This document shows, piece by piece, positions 1 through 14,182 of a stretch of 64,000 nucleotides of DNA. The notes beneath the pieces are model-generated. The model was not told where the DNA came from, searched no databases, and saw only the letters and a list, made by a program, of their open reading frames with translations. A program made the translations under genes and the position numbers. This DNA is from Octopus sinensis. Lineage: Eukaryota. Each line of letters begins with the position of its first letter. The first letter of the stretch is position 1. The DNA lies in contig NC_043013.1 of assembly GCF_006345805.1 (NCBI RefSeq), positions 34,162,001-34,226,000 of the forward strand, read 5' to 3'.

Positions 1-309
1 GTAAATTACAAATGCTTACATATTTAATTACAGAATTACTTCATCAATTTGAGCAAGAAAATGAAAGTCATCTTCATCTAGTTTAAAGAATTTAGCTGTT
101 TTCAAAAAAGGTGTTAATTTAAGAACTGTTTGTTTAAATAGAAAATGGTGTCTATCATTTCCTCAGAAAATTTGAAAAAGTTAGAAGCATATATATATAT
201 GAATATATATTATGATGACGATATACATATAAATATTATTCCTCTCTCTCTCACACACATACACTCTTAAAATCATCATTTAAAAGAAAAAACTGAATTT
301 GTTCAGGCA

Positions 310-470
310 AATTTTCTATGGCTAGAAGCCCTACCTGTCACCAAACCTTACCTGAGTTCAAGAAAGTAAGCTATCCCCATGGCCCAACATGAAGATAGGA
401 AATAGACAACACTCATATAATTTGTGACAATTGTTTACACCTAAAACAAAATGCCAAGACAAGGGTATGT
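310..470 (-). mobile_element. Diverged SINE-D-related fragment (RTE-like tail)
   Basis: TTTTCTATGGCTAGAAGCCCTACCTGTC resembles the GGATGCCCTTCC tail motif of the other SINE-D copies. Confidence 0.45.
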
Positions 471-519
471 GCAAACACAAATACATGATTACAAGTATAA
501 ACATATATTTATACATGTG

Positions 520-578
<59 letters not shown>

Positions 579-625
579 CTATATATGTATGTATACATAT
601 AAATACATAGGTACAAGAGTAGCTG

Positions 626-802
626 CACCCAACATCACTTGGTAACTGATGCTGGTGTGTTTACATATCCGAAACTTAGCGGTTTGGCTAAGAGATCAAA
701 AGAGTAAGTACTAGACTTATAAAGAAGTTCTGGGGTTGATTTACTCAGCTAAAGGCAGTGGTCCAGCATGGCTGCAGTCAAATGACTGAAACAAGTAAAA
801 GA
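626..802 (+). mobile_element. SINE-A, 3' half
   Basis: Matches the 3' half of 38392-38790 (CCAGCATGG..CAGTCAAATGACTGAAACAAGTAAAAG). Confidence 0.85.
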
Positions 803-827
803 AAAAAGAAAAATACATACACACACA

Positions 828-880
<53 letters not shown>

Positions 881-982
881 CATATATATACATATATATA
901 TATATACGTGTATATATACATGGATATATATATATGTATAAATGTATATATATATACATATATGTATATATATATATCTTAA

Positions 983-1131
983 GCTTCTTTCAGTTTCAGT
1001 CTACAAAATCCACACACAATGCTTTGGTTATGCTGGGGTTACAGTGGAAGACACTTGCCTAAGGTGTTGCGTAGAGTGCTTCTTCAATCAAGTAATACAT
1101 GCTTAGGTAGGAAGCTTCTTCACCACACAGC
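983..1131 (-). mobile_element. SINE-A, 5' half (diverged)
   Basis: GCTTCTTTCAGTTTC..AATCCAC..GAAGACACTTGCC..ACCACACAG is the reverse complement of the SINE-A head/core. Confidence 0.8.
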
Positions 1132-1254
1132 ACATATATATATATTTTTTATATATAAATAATATATATATAGCACATATATAACATATATATATACACA
1201 CACATACTTAAATAATATATATATATAGTACATATATAACATATATATATATTC

Positions 1255-1285
<31 letters not shown>

Positions 1286-3551
1286 TACATAATAATATAT
1301 ATATACATATATATATTTAGTACATATATAACATATATATATTATATATATGTATATACATATATAAATATATTGCATATATATTAGATATATATCATAA
1401 GAGTATATATATCTTATATATACATAAATATACTACATATATATTACATGCATATGCTATATATGTATATATCACATACACAAACACATATGCATGCACA
1501 CACACACATATATACTACTTATATATCTGTACACTCATATACACATACATACGCATAGACTGATGCACAAATGTGTGTGTAGGTATGCTATAAATGTGTC
1601 TAATGTTACACCAGTGGATGCACTTTACAATAAGTTACAATAAATCAGATGTTTAATTTTTTTTCCACCCTCTCACATGATATCCCTCACTTCTAGTTGC
1701 TATTTCACTCTCTGCACACTTAATACGCTTAAGAGTAAGCCTTTATTATTTATGTGAGTTTTAATTCCTTTTTATTGTTCTTCAGGGTAACAGAGTTTTT
1801 CTCATCACATATATATACATATATATATATATACACACACATATATGTATGTATCTATATCTACATATGTGCATAAAATTATTAATGTAATGCAGGTTTC
1901 ATATATATTATATACCTATATGCATATATTATTAATATGATACATAATCTATATATATATATATTTAATATAACTATATATATACATGTGTGTGGATATG
2001 TATATTTATATGTACTTATATGAATACACAAGTACACACACTGTGTATATAAATAAGTATCTGTACACACACATATATATATAAATATATATATATATAT
2101 AATATATATATATAGGAATGTATGTGCCTATGTATAAAACATTATTTTATACGGTCACTTGTTCACAAATATATATACGTGCATATATACTTATATATGT
2201 ATGTATATATATATTTATAAACTTATGTTTATATATGTATAGGGAGAGAGAGAGAGAAGGAGAGAGGGAGAGAGATGTATACACACACTTACAGTCTTGA
2301 AATTAATGTGTATAAATTCAATTGTACTTCATTGTGTATATACAGATTCTTCATGTATGTACAGGAATGTATTACTAAATGCTTGATATATACATGTAAA
2401 CAAAAGTATACATACACACACACACACACAGACACACCTGCATGTATATGCAGATGTATATACATCTAGAGGTACACACATCTACATATTTATGTTTCTC
2501 TGTGTATAACTGTAAATAGACAGAGGTATATATCAGCAAATTTTTTGCTTATCTATGTCTAATATATATATTGTGTGTGTGTATGTGTATGTTTGTGAGT
2601 ATATCGTGCATGTGTGTACACATGGGTTCGTATGTGATTGTATATTAACAAAAAAATTTTCCATGTTTCTTTGTTATCATTATCGTTATGATGTTCGTTA
2701 TGATGATGATGATGATCATCATCATCTTCATAACCATTTGTGTACATCCCTTACACCCAAAATATCAGAACAATGAAATGAGACACAACTGTTGTATATG
2801 TATGTACATATGCTGTCTGTATGTGTGAGTGTGTGTATTTGTGTGTGTTTGCTTCAATATTTTCAGGTGTGTGTGCTTGTGTGTGTGTGTGTGTGTATGA
2901 GTGTTGCAATAATTCAGTCAAATGAATAAAATTTAGTTTTGTTGTTGTTGTTTGTGTTGTTTGTTGATGTACACCAAAAAAATGGAGGAACAGGGAACAT
3001 TGTTTTATTTAAAGTTTTGTTGTTGTTGTTCTTGTGTTTCATAGTTTTTTTCAAATTATGTGTATATATATATATGTGTGTGTGTATGTGTGTGTGTGTG
3101 TGTTTATATATATATACAGAGAAGAAAGAAAAGGAGAAAGAGAGAGATACATGAAACAACATTTTAATATATAAACACAAACACACATGTATGGGGACAT
3201 ATATATATATAAGTATAGACCTATATAAATATACATATATATAGTACATATATGTATGTGTTGTATTTTTTCCACCTCTCCGCTAACACCAAAGTGTATT
3301 GAAAGCATTGATTGCGAAATACTTTGCAATACACAAATTTGTTTCATTTCTGTTTATATCGTATTGTCGATGATGTATTTCTTTTTCAGAGTGTGGGTAT
3401 ATATTTGGTGTGGCTTGTTTTTCATTTTTTACACATTTTTCTATATTTATTCTTGTCCACTTTTCATTTTTAAATTGTTTTTTCATACATATTTTTCTTA
3501 TACCTATTTTCAATTTTTTCATATCAATTCTCTCTGTATATATATACGTAT

Positions 3552-3603
<52 letters not shown>

Positions 3604-4342
3604 TATATTTTCTACCCCACACTCACAGAAAACTTTCATGTGTATTGCAGTTTTTTTTTTACCTTTTTTATTTCTCTTCCACCCTACAATAATGTGCAGG
3701 GTTTTTTTTTTAATAGTTTTCCTGATTTCTTTTTAAAAGATTTCTATGTTTGATTTATTCATTCATATGTATATTTATTTTTCCATTTGTGATTTTTCGT
3801 TTTAGTAATATTTATTACTGTTATATATTTATTGCTTTGTTTTTGTTGCCTTAATTTTTGCCTTATATACATCTATATATACACATATGTGTAGCATATA
3901 TATAGTCAGATATACATATATGTGTGTATGTGTATATATATATATTTTATGAGTATGTTGATGAAGTCAAGGATAGTAACACGAGAGAACGGGCACATTA
4001 GAACTAACACTCTTATTCTTTTGAAAAACAAAATTAACATAAAAAAGTGAGAAAGTGTGGGTCTCTGCATGTACTTGAAGCTATATATATACATATATAT
4101 ATACATATATATCCATATATATATATATATATATTAATATATATATATGTATATACATTCCTATATACATATATATATAAACATATAAATATAGATATAT
4201 ATGTATACATTTACACATAAATATATATATAGGTTGGTAGGTATATAGATTAGGATATAGCATATATATATATATATATATATATATTAATTATATATGT
4301 ATATATAATACATATATATATACACATATAAATAAATACATA

Positions 4343-4376
<34 letters not shown>

Positions 4377-4564
4377 TATATATATGGTTCAATAGACACA
4401 GAGAGAGGCATCTGGAGAGTTTGGAATAAATTAATAAATACTAAAAATAATGCATAAAAAAAGCAAATGCAAAAAACTACAAAAAAAAAGAAATTATGAA
4501 AACCAAATAGATATATAGAATGATATATAATGGTAAAACAAATACTAATACTACCACAATGATA

Positions 4565-4566
4565 AC

Positions 4567-4622
<56 letters not shown>

Positions 4623-4634
4623 TAATAATAATAA
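4565..4634. repeat. (AAT)n microsatellite
   Basis: Direct reading; source of the poly-Tyr/poly-Ile ORFs. Confidence 0.95.
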
Positions 4635-4822
4635 ATGGGTGAAGCATTTGATAGCACATTTGCTTATTGTACAGATATGATTTCAGATATAGCTGCATTA
4701 TCTGACGATTTGCAAGTTGCATATTGCCATTAACATCTACCCGTTCATAATATGTGATCTTAATGTTTATTATATATATATATATATATATATACATATA
4801 CATACATATATATATCTATATA

Positions 4823-4856
<34 letters not shown>

Positions 4857-5995
4857 CATATATACACACACATATATATACATATATACATTCACATATA
4901 GAGATGCATACATGTACATATTTATGCAGATGAAGATGATCTGTAGATGTACATGTCATATACATCACTGTGCAAGTATTTATGTATATCTGTATGTATG
5001 TATATATGTATATATATATATATAATATATATATGCATGTTTGTATATGTCCGTATGTTTATGTACTTATGTATGTGTGTCTATATGTATGTAAATACGT
5101 AGGTATGAATGTTTCAGAATTAGACTGAAAACAATGCAGCAAACACACCACAGACCATTCATGTGTGTCCATGCATATTTACATATATAAATATATTTTC
5201 TTCCTAAGATAAAGTACAAGAAGCAGAAAGACTAAGGGCAACAAAGAAAGGAAGAGAGAGACAAGAGAGAGACAAGAGAGAGTGAGAGGAAGAGGAAGAG
5301 GCAACTTATACTAATGTGTGTGTATATGTGTGTTTGTGTCTGTGTGTGTGTGTACATATATATGAGCACATATTTTCTTGTGTTTCTTGAACTTAAACAT
5401 AAGTCTGTGTACGAGTTTGAGTGTACACTATACACCCCGCAAACACAAACGCACACACATATACGTGAGAATATACATTAACACATACGCAAACCAGAAG
5501 TATAAATATACACAGAGAAAATACAGTTACATGCATAAAATCACATACAACCTCACAGAGAAATAGATGCTCAAAATGTCTAAATTACAAACAAACCAAA
5601 TATACATATAAAAAAAAATGGTACACAGATACACATATATATATTAACACACATACATATGTCCTTCTTTCTTTCTGTGTCTCTCTCCCCCAGTGTCTTT
5701 TTTTTTAATATCTTCCTTTCTTTTTTTTCCTTCCTTTTATTTTGTCAATTATTTTTTTTCATGTGAATATAAAGGTTTCCCCTGTGATGTCTGCGTGTTC
5801 AAATGTACACGCCATCAAGATTTATAGAACTGATGGTGGCAGGAATTGTTTAGAAGAATCGATAGATAGCAGAAAGTATACCTCCAAGATTTTTGATATT
5901 TTGGCTTCAAATTCCTTTGATTCATTTCAAATGCATTCCTGCCAGAGAAATTGTGCATGAATGTACCCAGCTCGAATTTTTATTTGGTGTTGTTT

Positions 5996-6033
<38 letters not shown>

Positions 6034-6861
6034 TGTGTATGGGACTCAGTGTGTGTGTCTGTGAATGTGTATTTGTGGGATATGAACACAATTCATCTGA
6101 TGTGATTTTCAGGGACTTTAGAGAATTGGGATATAGACAACAGTCACAGCAACAATAAGTGTGATGTGTGTGTATATATACACATACATATGTATACATA
6201 CATATATATACATACATATACATAATGTATGCATGCATATATATATATGAGATGTATCTATTCATATATCTCCGCACACATACATGTATATTTATATATA
6301 TATATATGTATATGTGTGAGAGTGTGTGATGTATCTATGCATGTGTCTCCACATGTGTGCATATATGTTTCTATATATATATGGTTCAGGTGTAACTGTA
6401 TAGGTCTTTGGTTGTAATATGTTAGTATTTGCCAATCAACTGCCTGGATTTTCTCTTTTTTTCCCTTTTATTTCCTTTTTTTTTTGTCATTTGTGATTTG
6501 ATTTGGCCCAAAATACGAGTGTGCAGAATAGCAGTAATTTTCCCACATATGTAAGCAGAATGAGTGTAAATGATAGGGAGGATAGATCAGCCTTGACCCA
6601 ACCAAGTATTTGCTTGCATATTCATGTTCTAATGATTTAACAAGGCACGTCTTTTGATTATAATAAAAATAACAGCCAAATATCCCTTAAATTGAAACCC
6701 TACCTTGCAAATTAAAGACAAGATACATTGGGCAATGGAGTCATACATGTCTCTGAAGGCATGGCTATGGTTGAAATCCCTCTGAATATAAATCTAATTA
6801 GTCATTGTTTCCTGAAGTAATTAATCAACAGCAATGGTACTTACTGTGTAGTGTTGGTTCT

Positions 6862-6929
6862 TACCTCTTCTTCATGTTCTCTCCAAATATCTTACACAGA
6901 AATTCAATAGTTCTCCAGATAAGTGACTG
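6862..6929 (-). CDS. Candidate internal exon, minus strand, LQSLIWRTIEFLCKIFGENMKK(R)
   Basis: ccatag acceptor, open frame, strong GAG|gtaaga donor; no homology recognised. Confidence 0.3.
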
Positions 6930-6969
6930 GAGCTATGGATTACTAACAATGATAATAACTATTTGTGAA

Positions 6970-7560
6970 ACACATGGCTCTGTGTTTAGAGCATTGGGCT
7001 CACAATCACGAGGTAGTGAGTTCAATTCTCAGACCGGATTGTGTGTTGTGTTCTTGAGCAAGGCACTTTAGTTCATGTTGCACCTGTTCACTTAGCTGTA
7101 GAAATTAGTTATAACGTCACTGGTGCCAAGCTATATCAGCTTTTGTCTTTCCCTTAGATAATATCTGTTTCTTTATTGCCCACAAGTGGCTAAGCATAGA
7201 GGGGATAAACAAGGACAGACAAATGGATTAAGTTGATTACATCGACCCCAGTGCGTAACTGGTACTTAATTTATCGACCCCGAAAGGATGAAAGGCAAAG
7301 TCGACCTCGGCGGAATTTGAACTCAGAACGCAATGACAGATGCAATACCGCTAAGCATTTCGCCCGGTGTGCTAACGTTTCTGCCAGCTCGCCGCCTTAA
7401 ATAATATCGCCCTTAGATAATATCGGTGGCATGGAGAGGGTTCACTAGTATGCATGAGCTAATATACTGGTCTTCCATAAACAATCTTGCCCAGACTTGT
7501 GCCTCAGAGGGTAACTATCTAGGTGCAACCCCATGGTCATTCATGACTGAAGTGGGTTTT
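6970..7560 (+). mobile_element. SINE-C (long-tail variant) interrupted by a SINE-B
   Basis: tRNA-like A/B boxes, GTTCTTGAGCAAGGCAC core; the tail resumes after 7400 and matches 24985-25320 in reverse. Confidence 0.85.
7167..7398 (-). mobile_element. SINE-B, full length, nested in SINE-C
   Basis: A box GGCAGAAACGTTAG, B box GAGTTCAAATTCC; host sequence (ag)ATAATATC duplicated on both sides. Confidence 0.92.
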
Positions 7561-7970
7561 TACCCTTTATCTTTTTCAAAAACTATCATAATTAACTTTT
7601 GTCTTTCTAATATTTCTGTTCATTGTTGTATGTTGGGAGGGCCATGATGCCAATAATAAATGCATGCACGCCGTCCATTTCACTTCTTTACTTTTATTAG
7701 TAATCTGGTTAAGCATTTAACCATGAATTAATTAGCCGTTTCATTAACTGTTCTGTTAATCAACAAATCAGTTTGGTTTGTCACAAAGCTATTTCCTTGC
7801 CATTCGCAGCGTTATCAATAAATTTATCTGTTTGATTGAATTACCAAATGATTAATCAAGCAATCAACTGGTTAACTGGTTCACCAGCTGATGAATAAAA
7901 ATACCGAAGTGAAATAGAACCAGTGCATGTGTTTATCATTGGCATAACGATCCTCCCAAAGATACATCGA

Positions 7971-8035
7971 AATATGTTTCAACATATGAGTTTACATCAA
8001 GAATCTTGCAAACCAAATACGAAAATAAACTTTTG
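7971..8035 (+). mobile_element. Extreme 3' tail of PLE family G (diverged)
   Basis: AATATGTTTCAAC..AAGAATCTTGCAAACCAAAT matches 20440-20510 and 26070-26130. Confidence 0.65.
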
Positions 8036-8099
8036 GTTTTGACTTTCTAAAAATGTAACAGTATACTTAGAGCTAGTCATTAACTGTTTGCACTTCAGA

Positions 8100-8650
8100 T
8101 AAAATGCTCTGTGGTATTTATTCCAATTCTTCATATGTGTGCGCCTTGTTCTCTGGGAACAAATTAACTTATTTGTTGAGGCATTACGGAATATACTTCT
8201 TTACCAGCATCAGCTTGTTGGCTGTGAACATGCTGGGATTTTGCCATATCAGAGATCATGGGATTTTGCCATACCTTCTCAATGGGGGTATTAGATTCTG
8301 GTCTGTCTTTTCTGCTTCCCACCACTAGGATTCTCTGCCACCTCAAGACATGGACACACTGGTCATTTTGCTGGGAACTTCAAAGTTCTAGGGCCCTAAT
8401 TCTGATCCATGTATGCTGAGGCTTGCTGTCAATAAATAAATACCATAGGACAGCAGTGTATTGAATTTCCCAGGAACGTCACATATCTGGGGTCCAATTC
8501 TGATTTATCCACATTGTGGCTTGCTGTCAATAACAAAAGATGACAGAGCCCAGGGTCTTACAATGCTGTTATGATAGCTCTGTTGGATTCCTTTCCTTCT
8601 TTACAGTTTTCTTTCTTATTTTCGTGCACCATGTCAAGTTTCTGTGATGT
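8100..8650 (-). mobile_element. Possible highly decayed LINE RT fragment
   Basis: Less AT-rich unique sequence; peptide VPREQG weakly resembles the LPxEQKG motif of R4-type RTs; internal ~100-bp degenerate duplication. Confidence 0.22.
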
Positions 8651-8699
8651 TCCTGCAAGGTTTCTTTTTCTTGGAAGACATGTTTTTTTCTCTGACCCT

Positions 8700-8925
8700 T
8701 CCTATGCCATACAGATTTATAAGGGCTGGTGTCCATGTTTCTCCACCTAGACGAGACGCCAGTCTGTCACAGGATTACTCATTTTCATGAGGTGAGTGGA
8801 TTACAGCAACATGAAATGAAGTGTTTTGCTCAATAACACAATGCCTTGTCTGGTCTAGAAATTGAAACCACAATCTTACAATCATGATTCCAACACTCTA
8901 ACTACTAAGCCACGTTTCTCCACAT
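8700..8925 (-). mobile_element. SINE-C variant
   Basis: GTGTTTTGCTCAATAACAC core and CTCTAACTACTAAGCCACGT (reverse tRNA head). Confidence 0.75.
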
Positions 8926-9177
8926 TTTTATGTCTGGGAAGAGGTGGTCCATATTAACCTTGCCTCTACACTTTGACCTGCCCAGTAAGAGTGACACCAT
9001 CAGAAGCTTCTGGACCCTTTCGTGGACTCAGTCTTTGAATAATACTTTATTCTATTGACACAGAGAAACAAAAAAAAAAAAAAGAAAAGAAAAAGGAAAA
9101 ACAGGGTAAAGTTGCTCACAGTGATATCTACATTCAGAATTTAAAATAATAATAAACATATTTTAAAATATATAACT

Positions 9178-9400
9178 ATTTCTTTATTGTCCACAGGGAG
9201 CTAAACATAGAGGGCACAAACAATGACAGACAAAAGGATTAAGTCAATTACACCGACCCCAGTGCATATCTTGTACTTATTTAATCGTCTCCGAAAGGAT
9301 GAAAGGCAAAGTCGACCTTGGTGGAATTTGAACTCAGGACGTAAACACAGACGAAATACCACTAAGCATTTCACCTGGCGTGCTAACATTTCTGCCAGCT
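9178..9400 (-). mobile_element. SINE-B, near full length
   Basis: Collinear with 7167-7398. Confidence 0.9.
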
Positions 9401-9439
9401 CAGAGGTATATAATTGACTAATAACTGAATAACTGACAC

Positions 9440-9965
9440 TCTGTTGGTTATGATGGTAAGGATTCCTGTAGGTCCAATCAATGGAACAGCCAGCACGTGA
9501 AATTAACTTGCAAGTGGCTGAGTGCTCCACAAGCACATTTACCCTTAATGTAGTTCTCAGGGAGATTTAGCATGATACAGAATGTGAAAAAGGCTGGCCC
9601 TTTGAAATACAGGTACTACACATTTTTTGCCAACTGAGTGGACCGGAGCAAGGTGAAATAGATACCATGACAACAAGTGTTTCAGTTGTTCTGATGAATG
9701 CAACGGTGCAGTTAGGAAATTAATGTGCAAGTGGCTGAATACTCCACAGACACATGTATCTTTAATGTAGTTCTCAGGAAGATTCAGTGTCACACAAGAA
9801 GTGACAAGGCTATCTATTTGAAATATAGGTACTACTCATTTTCGGTAGCTGAGTGGATTGGAGCAATGTGTAATAAAGTGTCTTGCTCAAGGACACAAGG
9901 AATTGAACTCATGACCTTATGATCGTGAGCTGAATGCCCTGACCACTAAGCCACGTGCCTTCACA
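9440..9965 (-). mobile_element. SINE-C variant, with duplicated tail segment
   Basis: Head GACCACTAAGCCACGTGCC at 9940-9960; tail block CTTAATGTAGTTCTCAGG..GGTACTAC occurs twice. Confidence 0.8.
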
Positions 9966-10127
9966 GATATTTAAGGAGGTATGTAGTTAATTAGAGTAAT
10001 CTCAATTCTAGACTGATGCATTGTTTTATAGCAACTCCACAAAAAACAAAAAATGAATGGCAATGCTGTCTATGGGAGTATTTGAACTCAAAATGTAAAG
10101 TGATGTTCAAGGCATACTACACATGGA

Positions 10128-10490
10128 TGAAGATGATGATGAGGGGGATGAGGATGAGGACGACGATGATGATGGTGATGATGATGGTGATGATGATGAT
10201 GAGGTCGTGATCAAGATGACAATAATGATGATGGTGGTGATGATGATGATGATGGTGGTGGTGAGGATGTTGAGATCGTGATGATGATGTTAATGGAGAT
10301 GATGATGACAATGATGAGGAGGAGGATGAGATCGTGATCAAGATGACAATGATGGTGTTGGTGATGATGATGATGATGATGATGATGATGACAACAATGA
10401 TGATGATGGTGATGATGGTGGTGATGATGATGATGGTGATGGTGATGATGATGATGATGATGAGGATGATGATGACGACAACAATGATGA
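10128..10490. repeat. Compound (GAT/GGT/GAC)n trinucleotide tract
   Basis: Direct reading; source of the poly-Met/His/Ile ORFs. Confidence 0.95.
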
Positions 10491-10873
10491 TTTTTTTTTC
10501 ATTTTGGCACAAGACCAGTAAATTTAAAGAGAGAGAATTCATCCATACCCATTACATAAATGCTTCATATTTTCATCAAAGTGCAAAATGGAACATAGGC
10601 AATGTTAAGTTAACTCCTGCAGCATTTGAATTTACAATGTAAAGTTTTAGAAGAACTAACATAAGGAATTATCTTTTATAAATAAATCATTCTAATTTTG
10701 GTACAAAGGCAGTAATATTGAGAGGAAGGAACCAGCAAATAACATTAACTCTGCTTTTTGACTATATTTTATTTTATCGACACTGAAAAGATGACAAGCA
10801 ATGTTAAATACCAGTGGCGTTTGGATGCAGAATGCATGGTTTCAGTTTTAATTTGCAGCACTGAAATAATAAT

Positions 10874-11203
10874 AACAAGAGCACTCAGAGAGCACAAACC
10901 TCCACCAAGGCAACACCAATCTCCTCTCAAGAATTAGCCAGAGATGATTTTTAAAATGAGAATATCTGAAATAAGCTCGACTGCTCTCACAAACAAACTT
11001 GAACACTCTCAAAAATAAGCCAGAATCCTTGTCTGGTACTGGATCAATCCCAAACTCTAATCAGTTTGTGCCAGTCATGAGGCCAAAAATACCTGAAAGT
11101 TTCGTCCGAACCTATCCAGCAGTTCTTGAGATATCTTGTCCACAGACAAACAAACAAACACGACTGAAAACAACACCCCGGCCTTCGCAAACGTGGAGGT
11201 AAC
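10874..11203 (+). mobile_element. Helentron/HINE-like non-autonomous element, copy 1
   Basis: 5' subterminal ACCTCCACCAAGG, internal (ACAA)n, 3' GTGGAGGTAA with degenerate hairpin; collinear with 24491-24860. Confidence 0.7.
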
Positions 11204-11430
11204 AATGGTTTCAAATTTTTCCACAAGGGCAACCATTTTTGGAGGGTGGGGGTTGCTCGCACTAGTTGATTACATCAACCCCAATGCTCAACAGATAGTT
11301 ATTTTATCAACCCTGAAAGAGTGAAAGACAAAGGCAACCTCAGCAGGATTTGAACTCAGAATTTAATGATGGATGAAATACCGCTAAGCATTTTGGTTGG
11401 TGTGCTAACGATTTTACCAGCTCACTACCT
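11204..11430 (-). mobile_element. SINE-B variant (B2 tail)
   Basis: GATTACATCAACCCC..TTTGAACTCAG..GCTAAGCATT; head abuts (AAT)n. Confidence 0.8.
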
Positions 11431-11431
11431 C

Positions 11432-11479
<48 letters not shown>

Positions 11480-11481
<2 letters not shown>

Positions 11482-11971
11482 AGACATTATATTGAAAGAC
11501 TTCTGACAAAAATCATGCCTCCTCACTGATATGACTGTCCCAATCGACATAAATGTATCTGTCAAGACCTACAAAAAATTGAGCAAGTTTAAAGATCTTG
11601 AATGGAAATTGGCAAAATGTGGAACCTGATGACTAAAACAATACCTGTTGTCATAAGTGCCCTGGGAATGATAGTGAAAGGGGCTGATTGCTACCTAACT
11701 CTGATACCAGGAAACCCCAAAATGGAAGAAATTCAAAAGATAGTGCTCATGGGAACTGCTCATATCCTATGCAAAATGCTATCGATGTAATCTCAAATTT
11801 TAAGACAAGCTCATAATTTTCTTGTTTTCTTAAACATTCCCTAGAAAAATACTATGTGCAAAACCAAATATATGACACCTTAGGTATAACACCAGCATGA
11901 ACTTCTAACTTGTTGTCTCTCAAGGTCTCTTGGAGTCATCTTGTACAAATACAAAGCAAAAGTCAAACATG
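11480..11971 (+). mobile_element. R4/Dong-type LINE, 5'-truncated: restriction-like endonuclease C-terminus plus 3' UTR
   Basis: Frameshifted DIILKDF..LLTDMTVPIDINVSVKTYKKLSKFKDL / EIGKMWNLMTKTIPVVISALG..IQKIVLMGTAHIL; this is the PD..D..P..K..KY(F)xDL RLE pattern of R2/R4 LINEs. Confidence 0.85.
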
Positions 11972-12025
11972 TAATAATAATAATAATAATAATACTGAAA
12001 AATAATAATGATGATGATGATAATG

Positions 12026-12080
<55 letters not shown>

Positions 12081-12092
12081 AAAATAATAATG

Positions 12093-12137
<45 letters not shown>

Positions 12138-12235
12138 TAATAATAATAATTATAATAATAATAATAATATGAAGAAGAAGAACGATAATAATAATAATAA
12201 TTATTATTATTATTATGATCATCATTATTATTATT
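11972..12235. repeat. (AAT)n / (ATT)n compound tract
   Basis: Direct reading. Confidence 0.95.
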
Positions 12236-12249
12236 TAAAATTTTTGACA

Positions 12250-12445
12250 CAAGGGTAGCTTGGGGAGGTTAGGATAAGTTGATTACATCAACCCCAGTGT
12301 TCAACTGGTAATTATTTTATCAACCCCCGAAAGGATGAAAGTTAAAGTCAACCTTGATGGAACTTGAACTCAGAATGTAGCAACGGGTGAAATAATGCTA
12401 AGCACTTTGTCCAGTGTGCTAACGATTTTGCCGGTTCGCCACCTT
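12250..12445 (-). mobile_element. SINE-B variant (B2 tail)
   Basis: GATTACATCAACCCCAGT..CCCCGAAAGGATGAAAG..TTGAACTCAG. Confidence 0.85.
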
Positions 12446-12853
12446 AATAATAATAATAACCGTTTGATATCATCACTATTATCCTAATCTATAGCATGCC
12501 ACTTGTTGACATGGTTCTTTTAGTTGTTTCTTCAGATACTTTGTTGTTATATTTTTGTTGCTTGGGGATATAGTTTATTTTGATTTTATTTTTTATTTTT
12601 AGTTATATTCTATTATTTTTTTTTTATTAAATTTAATTGAATTTACCATGATCTCTAGCAATATTAATTTCAATTACAGTGTACAGAAAAAGATTTCAAA
12701 GAAGTTCATATGTGTTTATATATATACATGCATTCACATATATGCATATATTATGTGTGTGTGTATGAACCTATATGCAAAATAGATACTATTACACTAT
12801 TTATACACATGATACAATATCTAATACATAATTAACACACACATGTGCACATA

Positions 12854-12915
<62 letters not shown>

Positions 12916-13017
12916 GTGTGTGTGTGTGTGTATATATATATATAGGTAAATATAGATATATAGATATATGTATATGTACATATATACATATAAATATAAA
13001 AACACACACACACACAC

Positions 13018-13086
<69 letters not shown>

Positions 13087-13649
13087 TACACACATAAAAA
13101 ACATTTATGTATGTAGCTGTCAAATCTATAGAGAATACTATACGTAAAAAAATAATTTAAAACAGGGAAAAAGATGAATTACAAACATGAAAATTCTTAG
13201 TTTTAAAACATGAAATGTCTATCTGACATAAAAATGCTTTCATTTGAAAAATACAAACATATGCACCCACACGTGCATGCACCACACACACACTCTCTCT
13301 CTCTCTCTCTTGCTGTCACACACACATGCACACACAAAAAAAATGAGTTAGTAATTTTAAACATTCACATTAATACATGCTTAATTTATAGTTGGGATAT
13401 TTTTGTGAATTTATCCATCTATAAATACCAACATAGATGCATCTATGTACATACGTATATAGATTATCCATTAATTATGCATGATTATTTATACGTGTGA
13501 ATGTACAATATATGTATGTGTGTATGTTTATGAGAGTGCGCTATGTACATAAATATTAATTTATGTATATAAACATCTTTCCATATTTATATATGTTTGT
13601 ACATGTCTCCAAGTATTTTCACAGTGGAATAGATTGCTACACTTATAAA

Positions 13650-13659
13650 TCATCTGCAT

Positions 13660-13698
<39 letters not shown>

Positions 13699-13824
13699 CT
13701 ATATATATATAAATTCATATACATGTATGCATATATACAAACATACATACATGTTTGTGTAGATTTGCAGAACAAACTAATTTTTGGGTTGTCTTTTGAT
13801 AACATTTATGAACATGAGAATATT

Positions 13825-13868
<44 letters not shown>

Positions 13869-14117
13869 TAACATATATAATATATACACATTATATATAT
13901 ATAATGTATATATACATTATATATATTATATATATATATATAATATATAACATATAATATATACACATTATATATATATAATATATATATATATAATATA
14001 TATAACATGCATAATATATACACATTATATATATAATGTATATATACATTATATATATATATATATAATATAAATATTATATATCTAACATATATAATAT
14101 ATACACATTATATATAT

Positions 14118-14182
<65 letters not shown>

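Noticed and set aside
33-86. Terminal exon ELLHQFEQENESHLHLV* (also similar candidates at 4675, 51900 and 56322)
   Set aside because: Only an acceptor plus a short open frame; expected by chance in AT-rich DNA
7875-7925. CTGATGA..GAAA enclosed by ACTGGTTC/GAACCAGT as a hammerhead
   Set aside because: No stem II, and stem I is not adjacent to the core; possibly a very decayed motif, but unsupported
11602-11790. 62-aa ORF as a host gene
   Set aside because: It is the C-terminus of the R4/Dong LINE endonuclease
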